Part shown: piece after piece, positions 50,898 through 61,015 of the stretch
Numbering within the stretch: the first letter of the stretch is position 1
Layout of the letters: each line of letters opens with the position of its first letter
Made by a program: the position numbers and the translations under genes
NCBI GenBank assembly: GCA_023213395.1
Contig: CM041465.1
Location: forward strand, 147,381,741 to 147,445,740
Origin: Cycas panzhihuaensis
Taxonomy: Eukaryota > Plantae > Cycadophyta
Reading direction: 5' to 3'
DNA length: 64,000 nt
Notes under the pieces: model-generated
Database searches by the model: none
What the model was told of the DNA's origin: nothing
Seen by the model: only the letters and a program-made list of their open reading frames with translations

Positions 50898-53800
50898 TGT
50901 TAGAGTAATGTTTTATCTAGTGTAATAATATAACTTTAAGTGTATACCTCTGGGGTCATTAATGAGGGTTATGCGGCAACCCCTCTTGTTGTGAATTTGA
51001 CAAGTGGCTTACATGTGGTAAGCAGTTACTTAACCTCCTTGTGTTTATTGAGAGGGCCTTTCTCAACTAATCAATGAATCTTTCAGTCTTCAATTTTCAC
51101 ATGGTATCAGAGCAGGAGTCTTGTTTAAATTTCTCTTGTCCTTCTAGGGTTTTTGAGTAAAGAACAAAAGAACTCTGGTAATTATCTATCATCAACTAAA
51201 TTTCAAAGGAGACACGTTGAAGAAGAAGGCTTCTAGTTGTAATATAGAACCGTACGGACGTGCACGAATTATAGTACAGAACCGTGCGAATGTGTATGGA
51301 CCTGCAAAATTCAACCTGCTTAGAATTTACCAAAATTTGACTAGCAAATTCGCCTTGAGGAGTATGTCACTTTTGTCTAAAGGATCATTTTGAGATTTGC
51401 TCATTTTGAAGGAGTTTTACTTGGTTTATTGTCTTGCGCAGGTTTGAAGGAGAATTTGAAGATTTCACTCAAATTTCTCAATGAATCCGGGTAATACCTA
51501 TGCAAAAATCTTCCTCTATCTGTAACAAATCTTTTGCATACAATTTCAAAGTTTTTGGCATCAAATTTAGTGAGTTATGAACAAAAATTTTAGAAAACCC
51601 TAGCCATCAATTCTTGCTTTCGGGTCAGATTATGAACAAACCAGACAAAATCTTTCAAAATCTTTTATATATTCTAAATCTCAGTTTCAAGAACTTTCTT
51701 TTGCACTCGATTTCATCTTATTCCATACAGTTGTACTTTTGTATGAATTCCATATAGCCATACAACCCTTCATCCTCAAATCTTGCTACATTCAGTGTTG
51801 TTATCTATAGTCTTCAGTTTTGAAGATGGCCTCTTTTGTTCTGGCTCTAAACAAACAAAACAAACTCACTGCGTTAAATTATCATGTCTGGAAGATAAAA
51901 ATTGAAAGTCTTTTGAGGGCAAAAAATGTGTGGAACATTACTACTAGACAAGAGAAAAGACCAATTGATATTGTTGATCAACTCAACTGGGGTAAATGAA
52001 ATAATGTTGATGTAATAATTCTAAAGCTTTCAATTTTTGACTCTCTATTAGTATACGTTGAAAGTTTGAACTCTTATGAGAAAATCTGGAAGATATATGC
52101 AAATCTTTACAATCAAAAAAATGAAGCAAGAATTGTGGCATTAAAAGAAGAATTATATAAACTTCATATGAAAGAAAAAGAAAACGTTATTGAGTTTATT
52201 CATAAAGTTACATCCATCAAAAATGACTTGGTTAGTGCTGAAGCAAACGTTCTAGACCAAGAACTTGTGCAAATGATTATAAACAAACTTCCGAAATCAT
52301 TTGATAATATAGTGAATACAATAACCAACAATAATCAAACAACAACAATGACTCTTGAGATTTTGACTGGTCTTCTACTGAGATAGGAATAGAAAAACAA
52401 AAGGTATGAGGAGGAATCAGAAATAGAAGAAGCATTTCTATCTAGACTTAGTCTAGGAAATAGAGGACAAGGACAATTCTCCTCTAGAGATCATAGTCAA
52501 GCTCCTAACACCAGAGACCAGATGAGAGGAAGATGGCAAGAAAGGAGAGGCAGAGGAAGATCAATTCCTCAAAGAGATTCCAAGGTCTGTTTTAGTTGTG
52601 GAAGGCTTGGAAATTCCTCAAGTAGCTACTGAGATTTTGATATGTGTTATCATTGTGGCCAGGCAGGGCACTATCCTTACTAATGCTCTCAAAGGCGAGT
52701 AGAGATTCAAAGAGGGAAGCGGCCTACTGGAAATTACAGCAAAAAACAAAGCAATTTCGAAGAAGAAGAGACAACTTTCATAGTTGCATTGGTCATAAAT
52801 ACTAGAGTTGAAGATGTTTGATACATCGACTTTGGAGCCTCCAACCATATGATGGGATGAAGAGAATGGTTTGAACCCTTAAGACCATACTCTCTTAATA
52901 AATCAGTGGAGTTAGGCAATAAATACCCTCTTCACATTCAAGGTATTAGAGTGATAGTGATTGAAATTAAGGAGAAAGTGGTAAAAATTGGTAATGTTCT
53001 CTTTATTCTAGGCTTAAAGAAAAATTTGTTATTTGTCTCTCAGCTAGGAAATAAAAAATTGAGAATTGTTTTTGATGAAAATGGGTTTTGTCATATTTTA
53101 GATATGAAGAAAGGAGGAGTAGTAGTACCAAAAAGCATAGAAAGCAATGATCTCTACAAATTGCTATATGTTCTTGTCACTCCAAATGATGATGTAAAGT
53201 CCTTTGTTATTTCCAGCACTGATAATAACAAACTCTAGCATTTGAAGTATGGAGATATCTCAACCGATAGTTTAGAATTATTAAAAAATTCTAACATGGT
53301 TGATGGTCTTCCAATTATATCATTTCATTCTTTTGTTTGTAAAAGCTATCTATTAGGAAAACAACATAGATTCTTATTTCAAAAAAGTCTGTGGTGAGCA
53401 TAGAATTAATTAGAATTAGTGCATTCAGACCTCTGCAGACCCATTGATCCAAGCTCACTTAAAGGAGCGAGATATTTTCTCATATTTATTGATGATTTTT
53501 TTATAAGAGTGTGGGTGTATTTTCTTTACAACAAATCAAACACATTTGACAAATTCAAAGAATTTAAGGCCGAAGTTGAACTAGAAAGTGGTAGCAAAGT
53601 AAAATGCATTTGATCCGATGATGGGGGAGAATACATATCAAAATAATTTCAGTTCTTTTGTAAAACCCATGGAATTCATTGACAGGTAACCACACCCTAT
53701 ACACCTCAATCAAATGGTGTTGCAGAACGCATGAATAGAACCATCATGCACATGGCTCGAAGTTTAGTATAGGATAAACAACTTCCCAAATCATCCTGGG

Positions 53801-56141
53801 CTAAAGCAACGAACACCGCAGTCTATTTAATAAATAGAAGTCCAACTCAAGCATTGAACAAGATAACTCCTTAAGAAGTATGGATGAGATATAAGCCCAA
53901 TGTAAGTAATCTCAAGATTTTTTGGTGTTAAGCTTTTGTTCACATTCCTGACAAGAAAAGAACTAAACTTGATTTTGAAAGCATAGAATGCATAATTATT
54001 GGTTATAGTAAAAATTTCAAGGCATATAGATACAGAGACCCTAAAACAAATAAGGACTATGTAAGTAGAGATGTTTTTAATGAGCAAGATTTTGAAAGAA
54101 ATCAAGAAGTACATCAAGAAATAGAAGTGTCTCCTAAATGGCCCCCCATGATTGTCCCTTCACCTAAAGAAGTTTTTGCGATTATATCTAAAGACATAGA
54201 AACTGAAAAGGAATCCTCCAGAAAGATCTCCTTACTTGTCAGGGAAACAAGTCATGTTCAGCAACAAGATACATTAGAAGAAGAAGAAGAAGAAATCAAA
54301 ACAGATTCTTCCAAAAGGGTACCGAAGTGGTATCTCAAAACTATCGAAGAAACAAAAGGTGATGTGTTTGAACACTGAACCAAGTCTTAGAGGCATCAAG
54401 CACTGCTCTGCTCAATTGAACTTCAAATATATGAAGAAGCAAGTCATCATGATGAATGGAAGACAACCATAGGTGCAGAAATGGCAACTATTGCCAAAAG
54501 TAAAATGTGGGAATTAGTTGAACCACCTATTGGCAAGCCAGTTGTCAATTATAAATGGGTGTATAAAGTACAAGAAAATTTAGGTGGAGGAATAGGAAAG
54601 TACAAGGTAAGATTAGTTGCCAAAGGATACATCCAAACTGTGGGGATAAACTATGATGAAACCTTCTGTCCAGTAGCAAAACTAAATACTGTGAGAATGG
54701 CTATCACTCTGGCAGCACAACAAAAATGGAAGATCTATCAACTTGATGTAAAGAGTACTTTTCTAAATGGAGACTTGAAAGAAGAAGTATACATGGAGCA
54801 ACATGATGGATACATACAAACTGGCCAAGAACATTTTGTTTGCAGACTAAAGAAGGCCCTATACAGACTGAAGTAAGCTCTAAGAGCTTGATATGCTAAA
54901 TTGGACAAATATCTCATTCAAAACAACTTCTATAGATGTGAGTCAGACCCTAGTCTATATGTAAAAATCAACAAAGGTTTGATTACCATAATTGTTGTAT
55001 ATGTAAATGATATGATTCTTATAGGAAGTGATACAGAATCCATTACAGTCATAAAAACACAATTGGAAAAAGAATTTGAAATGACTGACTTGGGAATTTT
55101 ACATTATTATCTTGGTATAGAAGTAAAGCAGAAGAAGGATTTAATTTTCATATATCAAACCAAATATACTAAGAATCTACTAAAGAAATTCAAAATGGAA
55201 GACTGTAACAGTTGCATAACACCAATGGAAACATGATGCATATAACTCAAGATTCAAAAGGAGCTCTAGTTGATGTAACCTTGTATAAACAACTAGTTGG
55301 CAATTTAATTTATCTTACTGCCACTAGATTTGACATTTCATATTTTATGGGTGTGATTTCCAGATATATGCAAGAACCAAAAGTATCACATTAGAATGCA
55401 ACAAAGAGAATACTCAGATATCTAAAAGTCACTTCTACCCTAGGACTGACTTATACCAAAATAAATACATCGGAGCTAGCTGGATACAATGATTCTGACT
55501 AGGCAGGAGATAGGGAAGATAGGAAATCAACTACAAGATATTGTTTCCTTCTTGGATCAACAATAGTATACTAGAGCAGCAAAAAACAACCAACTATTGC
55601 TTGATCTTCTACAAAGGCTAAATACAAATCAATAGTAAGTGCATCTTGTGAAGTAGTATGGTCGAGACAACTGTTGACAGATTTGAAACACAAACAAAAT
55701 GGTCCAACCACTCTTTATTATGATAATCAAAGTGTAATAAAGATGACAAGAAATCAAGTTTTCCATGCTTGAACCCATCATTTCTTAAGAGAAAAGGTTC
55801 TAAATAGAGAAATAGAGTTGATACATTGTACAACCAATGAACAAGTTGTAGATATCTTGATAAAGCCTTTTTATAAAGACAAATTTCAATTTTTCAGAGA
55901 TTAGCTCAGAATAAGATAGATAAAACATTAAGAGGGTATTAGAGTAATGTTTTATCTAGTGTAACAATGTAACTTTAAGTTGTGTACCTCTAGGGTCATT
56001 AATGAGGGTTATGTAGCAACCCCTATTGTTGTAAATCTAACAAGTGGCTTACATGTGGTAAACAATTACTTAATCTCGTTGTATTTATTGAGAGAGCCTC
56101 TCTCAACTAATCAATGAATCTTTCAATCTTCAATTTTCACA
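50898..56141 (+). mobile_element. Ty1/copia LTR retrotransposon 2, structurally complete but decayed; same family as copia 1
   Basis: LTRs 50898-51101 and 55937-56141 (~20 differences by hand), PBS TGGTATCAGAGC 51102-51113, PPT AAGAGGG 55930-55936, TSD GAACT/AAACT. Confidence 0.95.
51826..55915 (+). pseudogene. gag-pol: Copia 2 gag-pol pseudogene
   Basis: Gag ARIVALKEELYKLHMKE, two knuckle remnants, PR *YIDFGASNH, INT HSDLCRP / TPYTPQSNGVAE, RT KVRLVAKGY, QLDVKSTFLNG, VYVNDM, RH VDILIKP. Many stops. Confidence 0.93.
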
Positions 56142-56806
56142 AAACTTAGCAAGACAGATTGTCGATCATACCAACGGGGTTTTCGATACATGCACCAAAT
56201 TATGGCAACCTGGCAAACATTTTGTGCACCAACCAAGCTGTCCTAATTCTTTGCCACCCATATTCGTTTTCAATAGGCTCTAATATTAGTTGTAGCGGCC
56301 CAAATCTCAAATAGCAAACAAAGATAATATTTCCAGCAGATAACATATATTTACAATACATAATTCTTCATAAAATATCATTCAACAGTCATAATTCATC
56401 CATCCATGTAGTATAACATCCATACATTGATAAATAACAGTAAATGAAATAATAATAATAATAAATCAATAGTAGAACCTGATACAATATCCAGCAGTTG
56501 TAAGCCTCATCGAGGTGAGAGCAATTCTCCAATTTGGCATGGGTGTGCCCTAATGGCACGAGACCATTATCCCATGTACAATAAATTCTCCAAGATTGAT
56601 TTACAAATGATCAAGGCTTTTCTATTTATAGCGTTTATCTTCTCTCTCAAAAAGTGATTCTTAATTCTCTCTCTAAAAAAAACTGACTTCATAATGAAAT
56701 GTATTAAATGATTTTTTTCTTTAATCCTCTTAAAAACCAACTTCATAATAACAATTTTCTTTATAGAAAATTGGCTTCTTCGTTATTTTATGAACCCTAT
56801 AGTTGA

Positions 56807-57940
56807 TAGGATAATAATCTTACATGGATATGAAGTTTAATGAGGGACATAAGTATAGATAAGGTGCAAATGGCTATAGAGAGATGATGGTTGAGAGGGA
56901 AGGATGTTGCCCAACAGAGTGATTTGAAGGTATGAAGCACAGGGATTTTTTAGGAAAAAGCAAGGGATAAGAGGCTATGTAGGAGGTCTAATAAGGAAAA
57001 AATGAGAGATAAGACATCGAGAATATGACGAGTGTTCAATATCAATGAAATTGTTGTGACAAGGATGTGCAAGAGTTAAAAGCATATGGGAGGTTGACAA
57101 GAGATGAACGACGTTAGGAAAAAAGGGGAATGTATGGAAGTTGAAGATTGAAATAAGATTGATAGGGGGCATAAGAAGCAATTTATAGAGATAAGAGAGA
57201 GGAATGTAGGGGCTAGAAATTGAAGTGCAGATGTTGGATGGCAAGGGTGACGTAGGTTACCAAGGAGGTTAGGACATGATGCATGTGTGGAATCAATAGG
57301 GAAAGGATAGAAAAATGAGGGATAAGTGGTATAATGAGTATCCTATATAAACAAATATTGGAGAGGGAAATATGGGGGGTAAAGAAGATGGAAAGTAGGA
57401 GTGAGTTGGATTAGAAGCAAGGTCAAGGAGTGACATGTATATGGGGTTCATAAAGGATAAATAAGGAACAAGGGATAGGTATTCTTTATGGGACTAGGAC
57501 TGTAATGGACTCATGAGAAAAATATGCGCAAAGAATGGATGATAGGAGATGAAAAGGGTGTGAATTAATAGGCAATGAGCAAAGGACAAAGGAGAGATTT
57601 TCCTTATCAATGGGAGAGTTGGATAGGAGTATGTGGGAAATTGCATAGAGATGAGTGAAAAGGTTGGTTGAGGGTAAGGAAGATGTTTATGAGACAACTT
57701 GGGAGATGGAGAAAGAGAAAACAAGGCCTTGTAATGACAAGGGAAATGTACATTAACTAAACTAGGGGATAATGAGAGTGGGGGTTTAGAAGAAGGGGGA
57801 CATCATAATAACAAGAAGGATATACCTTTGTATTTGGTGACTTTTTAGAGGATAAATCATGGTGAGAGGTGGGTGATAAGCAAGTGATTTCAATAGGGAC
57901 TAAGATTTCCCATATGAGAAGCTTGAAATTTAGGGTTTTA
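56807..57940 (+). other. ~1.1-kb strongly purine-skewed (A/G-rich, C-poor) tract inside element A
   Basis: Directly visible GA-rich run; minus-strand ORFs 56975-57244 and 57494-57724 are S/P/L/F/I/H-rich. Confidence 0.8.
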
Positions 57941-60692
57941 GGTTTTGAATCAACTATGGGCTTATGCTAAATGGGGAGTGGGATTTTCTAAAGCCATGAA
58001 TTGTGGAAATTCAAGAGGAACTATAAAGCTACCAAAAGAAATGGAATACTGGACAATAGGATTTGAATTCAAAGTAGTTACCTCATTGGAGTTGACGTGT
58101 TTCTTCAATTTTGTGGTTGATTGCTTTTCACACTCCTTCAATGTGGAATCTTCTTTGCTCGATTCATGCATCTTAGTTGATTCTTTTTCATGTTGCTCAC
58201 AAGTGGACTCATTCTTTTTGACATCTTATTCTTGTATGTGTTGTGCGTCTTCAAGGCATCTTGATTACAAAGCCTTTACTACTTGTACAAAGGCTAACTC
58301 ATAAGGATATGCTCCTAATTTTTGTGATTCTTGTTTGCCATCCTCTTTTGACTTATCTTCCTTCTTTGGTTCTTGATCTTATACACGCTTTAGTTATTCC
58401 ACTCTCAATTTATATGCTTTTTCAACCTAGATGTGGGTTTTGTATAAATAATATTCTAATATAGTTGTCTGTTTCTCTAACCGTTCTCGTAAATTTAAAA
58501 ATGTATCATTTCGTTTTGCCTACCTTTGACATTCATCCTTAAAACTTGAAAGAGGATCATCATGGTATTGTGGGCTCCATTTTTCCCAATGATGTGTATT
58601 GAATTTCTTGAAGAAATATATTAAAAGGTGCTTCCAAATGCAAAACAAAGGGGTTTTCTTATACCATCTAGTATACTAGTAAAGAACCTCCCCTCCTAGA
58701 TCAATTAATGCAAAATCTTATTTCATTATAAGGCGCAAGAAATTATATATTGCCTTGATGTGATCTAGCCATTCTATTGGTTGAATTGTCCTATACCTAG
58801 TGAAAAGTGGAACATCCAAATGACTCTCCACAATTGCATTAGAAACCGTTGTATTTTATCAATTTGCACAAATATCAAGAACAAATTTACTAAATTTTCT
58901 AATTTTACTATAAATTTATGGAAAATTTAAGGAAAAATGGACTTTCACTATTAAAATTAAAATAACTTGTATTCTAACCAAAAAAATTGAATGTGATCTC
59001 TCTTTATGGAAAAAAGACTCAAAAAATATTTCAATGAATCTAGTTTGAAGTGATTTGGAGATTTCTAGCTTATGTAATGGCCTCTTGAAATCGACCAAAA
59101 ATTAAAGGTTTGAGGAACAACAACAATACCTCTTACAAAAATGTTGACAACTTATGATCTTGATACTAAATCTAGCAAAAACCACTTATGTTGGAAAGTA
59201 GACTTCAAGGCACACCTATTCAATAAATAATTTAGGTAAATTGGGTACCTATAACCCATGTTATGGTTACCAGAAGTTGCAATAGCAGATTTTTGACCCT
59301 GTAGATAGCAACAAACAACAAGCCACGATCGAAACCTTTATAACTTTTGCAATTTCGCTCCAAAAATTTTAGTATAACCATTCAAATTTTATGGAGTAGG
59401 TCAAGTTGTTTCAAACTTGCAATTATTTTTTTTGAATTTGGGTGTTTACACCCTTGAAATTATAGATCTTCGATAAAACCAAATTAGTCAAAACCATACA
59501 TTGATACCAGTTGTAGCAGACCCCATAAGATTGCTGACTAATTCCAACAGCAGATAACAAAAATACTCAAGTACTACCAAATATTAAAAGATGGTAACAA
59601 AAAAATACCAATAACCACTCCAAATTACATTGAAATGAAAAAGTATTGATATGATAGCAAATATAGCAATGCACAAGAAAATAAAATAATAGCAACAAAT
59701 ATGATAACTGTGCAATAAGATGAAATAACATCCAATAATGGAACTTCTCTCTATTACAAATGCTTCTTGAAGATAACAAAAAAGTTTTCTACAAAAGCTT
59801 ATTCCCCTCAGAGGTAAGGGAGCCTCTCAAAACAAAGCCTTCTCACAAAGGAGTAAAGAAAATAGATAAAATCCAAAAGCTTAGCGTTCTAAATGATCCA
59901 ACCACTCCTATGGTCACACATCCAACTCTAGTTAAAATTCTATGATATCTTAGGCTAGGGTTGGCCCTAAAGATAATTAATAAATTAAGGTGAAATTGGC
60001 CTCCAATAATCAATATTTAGGACTGCAAGCTTCAATTTTATGTAACTTTCTCATACTATGTTTGTTTGGAATTCAAGACCACTTGTTTTGAAGTTGATGG
60101 AAATATTTACACCACGATCCATGTATTATAAGTTGATTTCATTTATTCCAAGACAATAATTGCAAAGTACATATTTTTAAGTGCACCTTGGTCCATTGGG
60201 AGGGGCAAGTACATAACGTGATACCATTTGAAGGACCATCTCATTTGCAATTACTTTCTTGTGCTGACTAATATTGGGCCAATCACTCAAACAAAACCTG
60301 AAAGCCGAGGACTTGAAATGGGACATGAAAATGGGTGGATTGAGGTCCATAACAAAAGAACTCCCAACAAAAATGCCAAGCCCAAGCCTCCACAAAATGG
60401 AGCCAAACCTCTAGCTAGAACCCAGAGCAAGTATACGTTATATTTGGAAAGTGATGCTAGTGTATCTAGTATGCAAAGTGATAAAGCTCTAGAGCCTGCA
60501 CAAAAATGTCATGACCCTTTGTTGGCATTGTCCACGCCCATCTTTCCATTTTCCCTTCCTAGGTTGTAGAGAAGTAAACCAAGGGTTGAGGATCCCAAGG
60601 TTGAGCAATTGATTAAAAATTAGGTTAGTTCAATAACCAAGAAAGAGAAGCCCAATTGGTATAGCTTTGAGGTGTTTGCCTCCATCCTAAAT

Positions 60693-60924
60693 GAAAAGTG
60701 GGGAGGAATGGAAGTTGAAGAGATTGACTATGTTGCATAACACTAGTTGGAACATCCTAGGCCTCATTGAGCCATGTGAAAAAGGCATGGGGAGGAGGAT
60801 GCACTACGAAAAGCAGGGAGGAATGGATGTTGAAGAGATTGACTATGTTGGATAATGCTAGTTGGAACATCCTAGACCTCACTGAGTCATGTAGAAAAGG
60901 CATGGTGAGGAGGATGCACTATGA
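60693..60924 (+). repeat. 115-bp tandem duplication of the LINE ORF1/ORF2 junction
   Basis: GAAAAG..GGGAGGAATGGA.GTTGAAGAGATTGACTATGTTG...GAGGAGGATGCACTA at 60693 and 60808. Confidence 0.92.
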
Positions 60925-61015
60925 ACTTCCTTAGCTAGCTATGGTGCGTATGTGAGAATTGAAATGTGTTGAGCATAATCTTATATTTGTTTTATCTTAC
61001 ATTTGGATTGACTAT

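Larger units (their letters stand above)
47305..56801 (-). mobile_element. LTR element B: gypsy-derived, gag-only, non-autonomous (contains copia 2)
   Basis: LTRs 47305-47810 and 56291-56801, perfect TSD GTTGA, PBS remnant GCTCTAATATTA 56277-56288, PPT AAGGAGAGGGAA ~47813-47824, gag remnants ~49140-49700, pol-terminus-like FEGKALF*GEG. No RT or INT core. Confidence 0.9.
46256..60218 (-). mobile_element. LTR element A: gypsy-derived, gag-only, non-autonomous (contains element B)
   Basis: LTRs 46256-46965 and 59512-60218 (~80% identical by eye), TSD TGATG/TGATA, PBS remnant TTGATACCA 59501-59509, PPT AGAGGGGGGA ~46968-46977, gag LDVPLF..IEWLDHIK...DLGGEVLY*Y (~58630-58830). No PR, RT, RH or INT found. 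Confidence 0.88.
45600..61015 (+). mobile_element. L1-clade LINE, 5' part (ORF1 ~45600-46255 plus 60219-60730; ORF2 endonuclease start to 61015), split by LTR element A
   Basis: KYLVWIEFP...ELVKPLGE matches ORF1 of the first LINE. The zinc knuckle NAYF*C|HLKDHLICNY is cut exactly at 46255/60219. Then GWIEVHNK, ORF2 start SWNILGL, and ELKC..NL.FVLSYIW before the LTR at 61016. Confidence 0.85.
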
